In this document: one piece after another, positions 1 to 9,515 of the stretch | Layout of the letters: each line of letters starts with the position of its first letter | Numbering within the stretch: the first letter of the stretch is position 1 | NCBI GenBank assembly: GCA_963674735.2 | Contig: CAXXQS010000001.1 | Span: forward strand, 1,824,001 to 1,888,000 | DNA: 64,000 bases | Direction: 5' to 3' | From: Myxococcota bacterium | GTDB taxonomy: Bacteria > Myxococcota_A > SURF-8 | The notes under the pieces: model-generated | What the model saw: the letters and a program-made list of their open reading frames with translations, nothing else | Databases searched by the model: none | What the model was told of the DNA's origin: nothing | Position numbers and translations under genes: made by a program

Positions 1-423
1 TTTCGCAAAATCCATGGATTTCGCGGCGATGCCGAACTGGGCACCTGGATCTATCGGCTCACCTGCAATGCCTGCCTCAACGAACTCAAACGACGGAAGC
101 GGCGAAATCTCCTTCACGGCCTCTGGCGGCAGAAATTGGAAAATGATACAATTCCTGAAAAAATTCAGGCTTCCGCCTTGGCACGGGAAGAGATTTCACG
201 CGTCATGGATACCGTGTCGTCAATGGATCAGCGCAAACGCGTGACATTCCACTTGTATTATGTGGAAGAACTGACGGCGGATGAAGTCGCGATCGCTCTT
301 GAGGAGAAAAAAGCGACGGTACTCAAGCGTCTTCAACGTATCCGCAACCAGTTGATCGAACAGGCCACCCGAGAAGATCAGAACAGTGATCTCACCGATC
401 AAAAACAGGTAGGTTGGACATGA
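1..423 (+). CDS. ECF sigma-70 factor (5'-truncated by window edge)
   Basis: Frame open from base 1: FRGDAELGTWIYRLTCNACLNELKRR (region 2) and LYYVEELTADEVAIALEEKKATVLKRLQR (region 4 HTH); overlaps a FecR-type gene. Confidence 0.88.
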   Translation, partial: FRKIHGFRGDAELGTWIYRLTCNACLNELKRRKRRNLLHGLWRQKLENDTIPEKIQASALAREEISRVMDTVSSMDQRKRVTFHLYYVEELTADEVAIALEEKKATVLKRLQRIRNQLIEQATREDQNSDLTDQKQVGWT

Positions 424-1640
424 CAAGCAATAAAACTCAACCCTGCCGCCCCGAACAAATACTGGATTACATTGCCAAACGGCTTGGTTCGAGTAAAGCC
501 CGCGAGATGGAACGACACCTGCAGGAGTGTGCCAAGTGTCGGCGAATTTTCGACGAATACCAAACATTGGGAAACGAGCTCGATGACCTGCGAAGCCAGC
601 GATTGGAGCCGGAAGCCAAATCGGCGATCTGGCGAAACCTACAGCCAGAGATTGAACGATCGCAAAATCGGATCCAAACGCGCTATGCATTGAATATCAT
701 AAGAAAATCTCCCAGACTAGTTGTCGCGGCCTCGTTAACGGCGTTTATCGTGACCATTGGCTTTCTCTACATGATACAAAGTCATAACAGGCCGCCAAAC
801 CCAGGAGGACGCATTACCGTTTCTCAGGAAACGAACAAATCTTTCCATTTCCCGGTTGGTGCCGACGTGTCATTTTCTCCCGAATCGACGGCGATCATCC
901 AAGCGGCAGACGAAACGAGCGGAATCATCATGCTGGAAAGCGGTTCTATCACCGCTAACGTAGACAAATTGAATAAAACAAAGCATTTTCAGGTACAGAC
1001 GGAAGACGCCATCGTAACGGTTAAAGGCACGCAATTCAGCGTGCGCAAGCTTTCGCCCCAGGCGACACGGGTTTCCGTTAGCGAAGGTCGAGTGTGGGTG
1101 GAGCCGAAAGGAAAACACCGTGAGCGCTTGGTTTTAAATGCGGGAGATTCCACACGTATTCTGGGGCAGACAGCGTATTTGGCCGATCTTAGAACGCAGG
1201 GTGAGCAAGCCATGGCCGACGACGACTTCAAGAGCGCCGCCGATTTCTTCAATCGCTACCTGCAATCGGCGGCGTCAAACAGCGGACAAGAAGTGGGTTT
1301 CTTGCTGGCCGACGCCTATGAACGAGCCGGACGCCAAACAGAGGCCGTTCAGGTCTATGAAATACTCATTCAAACACAGCAAGCTTTGCAGGCAGAGAAT
1401 GCTTTTGCCGGAATGGCCGCATTGTATGATCGCCACAGCGAAGGAAGCCGCGCCTGTGCGGTATGGAAACGCTATCTTCACCGTTTTCCTTCTGGAAACT
1501 TCCTTTTCGAAGCACTCTATCGACTGGCGAAAGAAGAGTGTCGTCATCCATCAAGGCCCCACTTTCGCAGATTCATGGAACAATTCGGCGATACCGAGTC
1601 TGGGATCGTTTTACGACGTCAGTGCCCAACCGGGAATTAA
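414..1640 (+). CDS. Anti-sigma factor: zf-HC2, TM helix, FecR domain, C-terminal TPR
   Basis: HLQECAKC zinc motif, one TM helix, FecR signature VTVKGTQFSV...VSVSEGRV, TPR-like YLHRFPSG. Confidence 0.85.
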   Translation: MDMTSNKTQPCRPEQILDYIAKRLGSSKAREMERHLQECAKCRRIFDEYQTLGNELDDLRSQRLEPEAKSAIWRNLQPEIERSQNRIQTRYALNIIRKSPRLVVAASLTAFIVTIGFLYMIQSHNRPPNPGGRITVSQETNKSFHFPVGADVSFSPESTAIIQAADETSGIIMLESGSITANVDKLNKTKHFQVQTEDAIVTVKGTQFSVRKLSPQATRVSVSEGRVWVEPKGKHRERLVLNAGDSTRILGQTAYLADLRTQGEQAMADDDFKSAADFFNRYLQSAASNSGQEVGFLLADAYERAGRQTEAVQVYEILIQTQQALQAENAFAGMAALYDRHSEGSRACAVWKRYLHRFPSGNFLFEALYRLAKEECRHPSRPHFRRFMEQFGDTESGIVLRRQCPTGN

Positions 1641-1646
1641 TGATCG

Positions 1647-2930
1647 ATGTATTCGGATATGCGCTGGATAACCTTTTTCGTTTGTCTGATGATGGTATGG
1701 TTTCTCGTATCCACCACTTCTACCGGCGCTGAAACACTCGAATTTTGTGTCACGATTTCAAGTTCATCTTCTCCAACCCAAAACGAACTGGACGACGACC
1801 AGATAAAAGATGCCATAGCCAGGCGCAACACCGGACGTTATGAAATACGCTGGTGTCAGTCTCCGGAAGCGATATCCAGCCAGCAACAAAACGGTTGCCG
1901 TTTTTTTCTTATCGCGATCGAATCCGATCGTATCGTAATCGAACGAAAGAACGGGAACGGGAAGCCGACTCCCGTCACTTGGCTGACGATCGATGGGCAA
2001 GAGTCCCCTTTCGATATCGCACAAGCTCTGTCACTCAAACTCATGCTCGCGATAGAGCGCGTGGCCGACGCGGAATCGCACCTCGCTCCCGCCTCGGGAA
2101 GAACAACTTCCACCTCACAATCGAGTAACACGGCACAGCAGAAAGAGCGGGTAATTCCAGCAGAGACGACAGCCCCGCAAACACCAGCCTCCCTCCCTCG
2201 ACCGGAGGAAGCTGTATCCATTCCAGACCAGTCTCAACCAAACGAGTCGACCCCAACAAACGAATCCCTGCCCCCCCTCGTCAGCCCCCAAATGGGAGCT
2301 AGCGCACAGCCTATTTATTTTATCGACACCTCATCCACTCCCTATCACCTTCATGTATCGACTTCTTACATGACCGGTTTTACAAAAACAGCCAACGCGA
2401 TAGGCGTCGATTTCGGTTTCGCCTACCAAGTTTATGAACCAATAGCCTTACGCCTGGACCTCGGAATCTATCCCTCTTTCGAGAATACAAAGTGGAAAAC
2501 TTCAAAAACATATTCCACTTCAATGGCTGTTTCCATGCATTTCATGTTGCTTCCAATCAGCCTTGGCATAGGCTACTTGAATTCCTTCGACGATTGGTAT
2601 GTCGGCGTATACGGCAACCTTCAGTTAATGCAAGCCTGGATCTGGAGCAAAACTGATAATCTCGATGGGACGTTATCCGCTTTCAATGTTGGCTTTTCCA
2701 TGACTTTCGAATCCGGATATAATTTCGAAGATTGGCTTTCCTTCGGTTTCTTTCTACGCCCTTCCATTCTCCCCGGCGGTATGCACAAACACGTAGTGGA
2801 ACGATTCGTCGTTTATCCTGAAGAGGTTTCAACCATGGGTGAAGTGCAAACCGTCACCGATGATGTACCCGTATTTTGGTTGCCGGTGGTGCAACTAAAC
2901 CTTGGCGCGACTGTTACGTTTCATTTTTAG
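1647..2930 (+). CDS. Exported protein with P/T/S-rich linker and C-terminal outer-membrane beta-barrel
   Basis: Signal peptide, low-complexity linker, alternating aromatic beta-strands, ends LGATVTFHF. Confidence 0.65.
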   Translation: MYSDMRWITFFVCLMMVWFLVSTTSTGAETLEFCVTISSSSSPTQNELDDDQIKDAIARRNTGRYEIRWCQSPEAISSQQQNGCRFFLIAIESDRIVIERKNGNGKPTPVTWLTIDGQESPFDIAQALSLKLMLAIERVADAESHLAPASGRTTSTSQSSNTAQQKERVIPAETTAPQTPASLPRPEEAVSIPDQSQPNESTPTNESLPPLVSPQMGASAQPIYFIDTSSTPYHLHVSTSYMTGFTKTANAIGVDFGFAYQVYEPIALRLDLGIYPSFENTKWKTSKTYSTSMAVSMHFMLLPISLGIGYLNSFDDWYVGVYGNLQLMQAWIWSKTDNLDGTLSAFNVGFSMTFESGYNFEDWLSFGFFLRPSILPGGMHKHVVERFVVYPEEVSTMGEVQTVTDDVPVFWLPVVQLNLGATVTFHF

Positions 2931-3139
2931 GCAATCTGCAATGAATGCACATAGTTTAACGATATATGCAGGTCGATTACCATTGCGCCACTGATAGCAC
3001 TTATCGAAGCCCTCCTTCCAAGACATCCAACTAATATTTTTTCTAACATTACGAAAATTTCGGCATTTTTCGGGATTTTTTGCCCATCTTAACGGCAAAT
3101 TGTGCTAGGTTGCCCTCTTTGAATTGACGAGATGAAAGG

Positions 3140-3574
3140 ATGAACATGACTATCGTGAAATCGGGAGATACGGTCCGCGTGCACTACACCGGTACACTGG
3201 CAGACGGCAGCACATTCGATTCGTCGGCCGGCCGCGATCCTCTGGAATTCAAAGTCGGTGAACATCAAGTGATTCCCGGCTTCGAATCCGCCATCGAGGG
3301 CATGACAGTCGGTGACACGAAAACCATCACCATACCGGTGGCCGAAGCCTACGGCGACTACCGTGACGACATGGTCATGAAGGTGGAAAAATCGCAGGTT
3401 CCCCCGGATGTTACGCCGGAAGTCGGGATGCAGCTACAGCTTCAAAGTCCGGAAGGCCAGGTTCTGGTCGTGGTCATTACCGAAGTCGCTGACGATTACA
3501 TCGTGCTCGACGGCAATCATCCCCTCGCGGGCAAGGATTTGACCTTCGCTCTCGAACTGGTTGAAGTGGTTTAA
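3140..3574 (+). CDS. FKBP-type peptidyl-prolyl isomerase (SlyD/SlpA family)
   Basis: VRVHYTGTLADGSTFDSS, AYG, LDGNHPLAGKDLTF. Confidence 0.95.
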   Translation: MNMTIVKSGDTVRVHYTGTLADGSTFDSSAGRDPLEFKVGEHQVIPGFESAIEGMTVGDTKTITIPVAEAYGDYRDDMVMKVEKSQVPPDVTPEVGMQLQLQSPEGQVLVVVITEVADDYIVLDGNHPLAGKDLTFALELVEVV

Positions 3575-3609
3575 GCTGTCCTACCGGCCCTCACTCAAGC
3601 AGACAATAT

Positions 3610-3644
3610 GGTCTGGACAGGCGCTTCGGTCTGTCCAGACCTTT
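3610..3644 (+). terminator. Hairpin between convergent genes, likely intrinsic terminator
   Basis: GGTCTGGACAG...CTGTCCAGACC followed by a short TTT. Confidence 0.55.
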
Positions 3645-3704
3645 CGACCATCCAAAGCGGCGAAGCCAGCCCTCCCGGCTCGGTTCTTTACGTGGGGGTT
3701 ATTC

Positions 3705-4280
3705 TCAAAAAGCCATCTGCAATTTGGCCACGAACGTCAGATAGAGCGGATCTTGGTTGAAATCGGTAACGACCAGATGAGCACGCGCTTCGATTCCGAT
3801 CGCCATCAGTGAACTAAAGGGATAAACCAGAGCCCCCATGATATGCCAAGCCGCCTGGGTATCCCAATCGTGCCCTTCGTAGCGGCGAAACAACGGCCCC
3901 ACTCCTGTTCCGATACTCGGAATAACCCAAAGAACATCAATGTCATAGTTGAATCCAAGGGCCATTTCGAGAAACCGGACTCCCGGATCACCTTTCGCCA
4001 GGCCGAACTGGCTGTAATCCAGGTCGAGTTTCAAGCTCAAACTGTCGTAAAAACGCCAGCCCGCCATCGCCCCGACTGTCGCACCATGGCTATTATCTCC
4101 ACCGTCGGTTAAATAGGCGTATCCGGGGCGCACTTCCACCCGCCATTCGCGGGCATCCCAATCGGGACTTTCCTGGGCATGAAGCATGCCACCGATAAAC
4201 AAAACAACCAGACACAGCGTCCCCATCGCCAGTTGGCGGAAACACAGAGATGGGCGGAATCGGTGATCACAATACGTCAT
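3705..4280 (-). CDS. Small outer-membrane beta-barrel protein (start uncertain)
   Basis: Signal peptide ending LHA-Q, amphipathic strands, C-terminal F; the longer ORF to 4541 overlaps meaB. Confidence 0.6.
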   Translation of the reverse strand: MTYCDHRFRPSLCFRQLAMGTLCLVVLFIGGMLHAQESPDWDAREWRVEVRPGYAYLTDGGDNSHGATVGAMAGWRFYDSLSLKLDLDYSQFGLAKGDPGVRFLEMALGFNYDIDVLWVIPSIGTGVGPLFRRYEGHDWDTQAAWHIMGALVYPFSSLMAIGIEARAHLVVTDFNQDPLYLTFVAKLQMAF

Positions 4281-4426
4281 GTTCGCCAGTGTACAACTAG
4301 AGCCGATACGAGGCAATTCAAAAGTCGCGCAGATCGCGCAAAACGCGTCGCGAGCGCTTGCATTGCCTCCCAATCCTGCTATAGTGGCGTCTCGCAATGA
4401 TGGACCGATCTTGGGATGATGAACAC

Positions 4427-5377
4427 ATGAACTTGAGTGAACGCGTTTTACAAGGCGATCTACGAGCAGCCGCACGCCTAATGCGGCTGGTGGACGACGA
4501 CTTCGAATCGGTCGTGGACGAGATGAAAGCCCTTTATCCACACACCGGTCGAGCCGCCATTCTGGGCGTCACGGGTAACCCCGGGGCGGGTAAATCTTCG
4601 TTGGTTGACCACATCATTACACGCTACCGCGAACGTGGAAACAAAGTAGGCGTGGTGGCCATCGACCCCACCTCCCCTTTTTCCGGTGGTGCGATTATGG
4701 GCGACCGCTGCCGCATGGAGCGTCACTTCACAGACGACGGTGTTTTTATCCGCTCCCTGGCCACGCGCGGCCACCTGGGCGGGCTATCCAAATCTACAGG
4801 CGAAGTGATTCGCGTGATGGAAGCCTGGGGAGCCGATCCGATCATCGTGGAAACCGTCGGTGTGGGTCAGGACGAGGTTGACGTAGCTAAGATGGCCCAC
4901 ACATCACTCGTGGTGATGGTGCCCGGTCTGGGAGACGAAATCCAAGCCATCAAAGCCGGAATAATGGAAATCGCCGATATCTTCGTGGTTAATAAAGCCG
5001 ACCGCGAGGGCGCCGAAAAAGTAATGAGTGAAATCAAAATGATGCTTGAGTTGGTCCATCCCGAAGAAGGCAATCCCTGGATCCCTCGCATTCAAAGAAC
5101 GGTGGCATTCAAAAACCAGGGAATCGACGAAGTCGTCGCGTCTATCGACGAACATCAGACCTGGCTGGCCACCACCCACAACCTGGAGACCAAACGCCGT
5201 CAAAACGCTGAATTGCAGTTTTACGATCTTTTGCTCGATCGTTTCCGACTGAGGGTGGAAGCATTGCTGGAAGCCCCCGAGTTTACCGATTGGGCCGAGC
5301 ACCTCGGCCAACGCACACTCGATCCCTATTCCCTGATCGACCGACTCGAATCCCGGCTGACGCCGCCCAAGTCCTGA
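4427..5377 (+). CDS. meaB: Methylmalonyl-CoA mutase-associated GTPase MeaB/ArgK
   Basis: GVTGNPGAGKS, IDPTSPFSGGAIMGDR, ETVGVGQDE, DEIQAIKAG, NKAD. Confidence 0.93.
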   Translation: MNLSERVLQGDLRAAARLMRLVDDDFESVVDEMKALYPHTGRAAILGVTGNPGAGKSSLVDHIITRYRERGNKVGVVAIDPTSPFSGGAIMGDRCRMERHFTDDGVFIRSLATRGHLGGLSKSTGEVIRVMEAWGADPIIVETVGVGQDEVDVAKMAHTSLVVMVPGLGDEIQAIKAGIMEIADIFVVNKADREGAEKVMSEIKMMLELVHPEEGNPWIPRIQRTVAFKNQGIDEVVASIDEHQTWLATTHNLETKRRQNAELQFYDLLLDRFRLRVEALLEAPEFTDWAEHLGQRTLDPYSLIDRLESRLTPPKS

Positions 5378-5385
5378 ATCTTGCC

Positions 5386-8043
5386 ATGGCCAAATCGTCT
5401 AAAAAAAGCCTGACACCCGCCTCAGCCACGACACCGATGATGCGTCATTTTCTCGAAATTAAGGCGGATCATCCCGACAGTCTGATTTTCTACCGTTGCG
5501 GCGACTTCTACGAAACCTTCTACGACGACGCGGTTACGGCTGCGCGCGAGTTGGACATTACTCTCACATCCCGCGATAAAAACAGCGAGAACCCCGTGCC
5601 GCTGGCGGGCGTTCCTTACCACGCGGTTCAGGGTTACCTGTCGCGCCTGGTCGACAAAGGTTACAAGGTCGCCATCGTCGAACAAGTGGAAGATCCCAAG
5701 CAGGCCAAAGGGATGGTCAAGCGCGAAGTAGTACGAATCGTAACCCCCGGCCTGGTCATGGATGGTGACAATCTGGCCGCCGACGAAAATAATTTTCTGG
5801 TATCGATTTTCGGACACGAAAAGCGCTTCGGTCTCGCTCTACTCGACATCAGCACCGGCGAATTTCGTTGCACCGAGCTGAACGACGAAGCGGAATTATC
5901 CAATGAAATGGTCAAATTGACCCCACGCGAAATCCTCTTCCCGGATGCTTGGCGCGACTCCGAAGAAATCGCTCGCTGGTTGCCCTGGAACGCCCGGCCC
6001 CTGATCGACTACCGCGCCGATGTGGAATTCGATGCCCGGCGCGCCGAGGAATTGTTGTGCCGCCAGTTCCAGACATCCAACCTGAAGGGTTTCGGAGTTG
6101 ACGGTCTACCGCTCGCCTTGCGTGCAGCCGGTGCACTCATGAGTTACGTACAGGAAACACAGCGCCAACGGGCGGAGCACATAACCGCTCTTACCCCGTA
6201 TTCATCCAAGGAATTCATGGTCCTTGACGAGGCCACCAAAGTTAATCTCGAACTTGAGCGCACCATTCTCGATGGACGTAAGCGAGGATCTTTATTAGGT
6301 ATTCTCGACCGATGCCGAACACCCGTGGGGTCACGCACACTCAAACGCTGGCTCAATTACCCGCTGATGGACGTCGCCCGTATCCGCGAACGTCACAACA
6401 TTGTGGAAGAATTCTTTTTACATGGCACCTTGCGCGCCGAGATTCGGGAACTTCTGGCCCGCGTGGGCGATCTCTCCCGCTTGTCGGGACGCATCACGAT
6501 GGGGCATGGCAACGCCCGCGACCTTGTCACCTTGAAAGAAGCTCTGCAAGCCTGCGCCGAACTGAAGGTTTTCCTCGACCAACAACGTCCCGATCTCTTT
6601 GTCGGCTTTTCTCAGGCCGTAGATCCGCTGCCCGATCTGACCGACCGGCTATGCCGAGCCATCGTAGATGAGCCTCCCGCCACCGTGCGTGAAGGACGTA
6701 TGTTCAAAACGGGTTACCATTCCGACCTGGACAGTTTGATTTTAATGTCGGAGCACGGCAAAGACGAGATTCTGCGGATCGAAGCCAAAGAGAAAAAAGC
6801 TCTTGGTGTGCCGTCACTCAAGGTACGTTACAATCGGGTTTTCGGTTATTATATCGAGCTGACGAAGTCGCATGCCGATAAAGCCCCAGCACATTATGTC
6901 CGTAAACAAACACTTACCAATGCCGAGCGCTACATCACTCAGGAATTAAAAGAGTTCGAGGACCAGGTCCTTAACGCCGAAGACCGCCGCCACGAACTTG
7001 AATACACCTTGTTCGAGGAACTGCGCCGGTTTGTCACCGACCAGACCGCGTCCCTGATGCTGACGGCCGAAACCATCGGCATTCTCGACAGCCTTTCCAC
7101 TCTGGCAGAGGTGGCCGCCCTTAACGATTACGTGCGCCCTAGCATCGACGCCTCGGATGCCATTCACATTGAAGACGGCCGCCATCCGGTTGTCGAAGCC
7201 CTCCAAAAAAACGAAAGCTTCATCCCCAACGACACGCATCTTGATTGCAGCGATCGTCAGTTGTTGCTGATTACCGGTCCCAATATGGCCGGTAAGTCAA
7301 CGGTTATCCGCCAGGTAGCCTTGATTGCCCTGATGTCGCAGATCGGGAGTTTCGTGCCGGCCCGGAAGGCCGATCTGAGTGTTGTCGACCGCATTTTCAC
7401 ACGTGTCGGCGCGGCCGATAACCTAGTGCGCGGCCTCTCGACTTTCATGGTCGAAATGACCGAAACCGCCAACATCCTGCACAATGCCACGTCCAATAGC
7501 CTGATTATCCTTGATGAGATCGGGCGCGGCACGTCCACCTACGATGGGCTTTCCATCGCCTGGGCCGTAGCCGAATATTTGCACGATCACCTGCGCGCCA
7601 AAACCATGTTCGCCACCCATTACCATGAATTGACCGAACTGACTCGCGCCAAACCACGTGTACACAACCTCAACATTTCGGTGCGCGAATGGAAAGACCA
7701 GATCATCTTTTTGCGTAAACTGATAGAAGGTCCAGCCAACCGCAGCTACGGCATCCAGGTCGGACGCCTGGCCGGACTACCCGACCCCGTTATTCAACGA
7801 GCCAAACAGGTCCTGCACATCCTAGAATCGGGCAAGCCTGACCGCCTCTTCGATGACCGTCCGTCTAAAAGAAAACCAGCATCGTCCCCCAACCAACTTT
7901 CGTTATTTTCCGTGCGCGAAGTTGAACGCGATCACCCGATCATCGATGAACTCGATCAACTTTCCCCCGAATCGCTGTCGCCGATCGAAGCTTTGACCAT
8001 TCTTTTCGATTGGAAAAAACGCCGCAGTAACGAGAATCCGTGA
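5386..8043 (+). CDS. mutS: DNA mismatch repair protein MutS
   Basis: TPMM, GDFYETF, TGPNMAGKST, STFMVEM, DEIGRGT, FATHY, SYGIQV. Confidence 0.97.
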   Translation: MAKSSKKSLTPASATTPMMRHFLEIKADHPDSLIFYRCGDFYETFYDDAVTAARELDITLTSRDKNSENPVPLAGVPYHAVQGYLSRLVDKGYKVAIVEQVEDPKQAKGMVKREVVRIVTPGLVMDGDNLAADENNFLVSIFGHEKRFGLALLDISTGEFRCTELNDEAELSNEMVKLTPREILFPDAWRDSEEIARWLPWNARPLIDYRADVEFDARRAEELLCRQFQTSNLKGFGVDGLPLALRAAGALMSYVQETQRQRAEHITALTPYSSKEFMVLDEATKVNLELERTILDGRKRGSLLGILDRCRTPVGSRTLKRWLNYPLMDVARIRERHNIVEEFFLHGTLRAEIRELLARVGDLSRLSGRITMGHGNARDLVTLKEALQACAELKVFLDQQRPDLFVGFSQAVDPLPDLTDRLCRAIVDEPPATVREGRMFKTGYHSDLDSLILMSEHGKDEILRIEAKEKKALGVPSLKVRYNRVFGYYIELTKSHADKAPAHYVRKQTLTNAERYITQELKEFEDQVLNAEDRRHELEYTLFEELRRFVTDQTASLMLTAETIGILDSLSTLAEVAALNDYVRPSIDASDAIHIEDGRHPVVEALQKNESFIPNDTHLDCSDRQLLLITGPNMAGKSTVIRQVALIALMSQIGSFVPARKADLSVVDRIFTRVGAADNLVRGLSTFMVEMTETANILHNATSNSLIILDEIGRGTSTYDGLSIAWAVAEYLHDHLRAKTMFATHYHELTELTRAKPRVHNLNISVREWKDQIIFLRKLIEGPANRSYGIQVGRLAGLPDPVIQRAKQVLHILESGKPDRLFDDRPSKRKPASSPNQLSLFSVREVERDHPIIDELDQLSPESLSPIEALTILFDWKKRRSNENP

Positions 8044-8120
8044 CACACCCAAAATAGGCCTATAAAAATTCGCTTGACTTCAACAGCCAAGAGTGATAGC
8101 AGTGACTCACGGAGGAAGGC

Positions 8121-8858
8121 ATGCCTAGCACCGAGTCGAACAAAAACCTGACCAACGCTCTTGAAGACTACTTGGAGACGATCCAACATTTCGTCGATGA
8201 AAAAGGATTTGCCCGCATTCGGGATATTTGCGATGCAAGAGGTGTCAAATCCGGATCTGCCTCTCCTGCCGTAAAACGCTTATCGGAAATGGGATTGATC
8301 CATCATCAGCAGGGAGAATTCATAACCCTGACGAGCAAGGGCGAAGCGATCGCGCGTCGTACACAAGTGCGTCACGATTTACTGGTAAGGTTCTTTAACG
8401 GTTTCCTTCGCGTCGATGCCAGCCAGGCAGAAAAAGATGCCTGTGCCATTGAGCACCATCTCTCGGATGCAAGCATGGATCAGTTGACCCGACTGTTCGA
8501 ATTTTTACAAAATTGCCCCGAGGGCCAAAATGATTTTCTGAAGAATTTCCACAATTGCCCGATCGTCAGTACGGATAATAAAGCTTGTGACCATCACTGC
8601 AAAACTCATAACCGAAAAAAAGGAGCGGCTATTTCAAAAGGGCGGCTGCTTAGCGATCTTGAGATTGGTGAACAAAGCTCGATTACCCGCGTCAATGCTC
8701 CGAACGAAATCCGTCATAAACTTCTCAATCTCGGGTTCATTCCCGGGGCGAAAGTCGAATTGGACCGGATCGTACAAGAGAAAGGAATTAGACTTCTTTT
8801 GAATAATCACCCCGTCCACTTGACTATGCAGGAAGCTCGGTCCGTAAAAGTACAATAA
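8121..8858 (+). CDS. DtxR/MntR-family metal-dependent regulator with C-terminal FeoA domain
   Basis: LEDYLETI, RHDLL, DACAIEHHLS, FeoA-like KLLNLGFIPG; GGAGG RBS. Confidence 0.9.
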   Translation: MPSTESNKNLTNALEDYLETIQHFVDEKGFARIRDICDARGVKSGSASPAVKRLSEMGLIHHQQGEFITLTSKGEAIARRTQVRHDLLVRFFNGFLRVDASQAEKDACAIEHHLSDASMDQLTRLFEFLQNCPEGQNDFLKNFHNCPIVSTDNKACDHHCKTHNRKKGAAISKGRLLSDLEIGEQSSITRVNAPNEIRHKLLNLGFIPGAKVELDRIVQEKGIRLLLNNHPVHLTMQEARSVKVQ

Positions 8859-8863
8859 TTTTT

Positions 8864-8892
8864 TTGACCTATGTGCTAGTTGCGACTAGCGC
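8864..8892 (+). promoter_or_regulatory. Putative promoter with inverted repeat (candidate DtxR-family operator) upstream of feoA
   Basis: TTGACC -35; GCTAGT-tgcg-ACTAGC inverted repeat at 8875-8890. Confidence 0.4.
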
Positions 8893-8918
8893 TGTTAGGC
8901 GCGATTGCAGGAAGGAAA

Positions 8919-9515
8919 ATGAACAAAAAAACGAAACATCATTTTGCCCCGCACCTTGGTGGAGGTGGCTATCCGCTAACCATGGCCGCTCCAGGAGAAT
9001 CGGTTGTGGTTCTTTGTTGCAACACCCGCGATCCGGACCTGAACCGACATCTGAGTGATATGGGAATCAGCCCTAGTGGAGTTCTTCAGATACTGTGCAA
9101 TGAAAATGGCCGTTTGACCGTTTTAACCGGTGATGCACGTATCGGAATCGATTCGGAGTTAGCAAGAAAAATCAATGTATCTCCCGCATGCGGCAGGCAC
9201 CATTGCCATCAGCATGAAGGTCACTGCCACAGACATCCATGTGCCTGCGGCGCAAAAAACGAAAGGAGTAAATCGGTGAAAGTTTCAATCAGTGCCGATG
9301 CCCTGATGAAAGGTCAGGAAGGAATCGTCAAACAAGTGAAAGGCGATCGAGCCGTCAATCGCCGGTTGCGAGACATGGGGTTGACGCCGGGGTCCCGCAT
9401 CCGCTGTGAAGGGAAAGCGCCTCTGGGCGATCCGATCGAGTTGGCGATTATGGGATACAAATTGACGCTTCGTAAAAGCGAAGCGGTCGGTGTTCTGGTG
9501 GAGGTGGAGGAATGA
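8919..9515 (+). CDS. feoA: Tandem FeoA-FeoA protein with His/Cys-rich linker
   Basis: HLSDMGI and RLRDMGLTPG...APLGDP...LRKSEA; linker CGRHHCHQHEGHCHRHPCAC. Confidence 0.88.
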   Translation: MNKKTKHHFAPHLGGGGYPLTMAAPGESVVVLCCNTRDPDLNRHLSDMGISPSGVLQILCNENGRLTVLTGDARIGIDSELARKINVSPACGRHHCHQHEGHCHRHPCACGAKNERSKSVKVSISADALMKGQEGIVKQVKGDRAVNRRLRDMGLTPGSRIRCEGKAPLGDPIELAIMGYKLTLRKSEAVGVLVEVEE

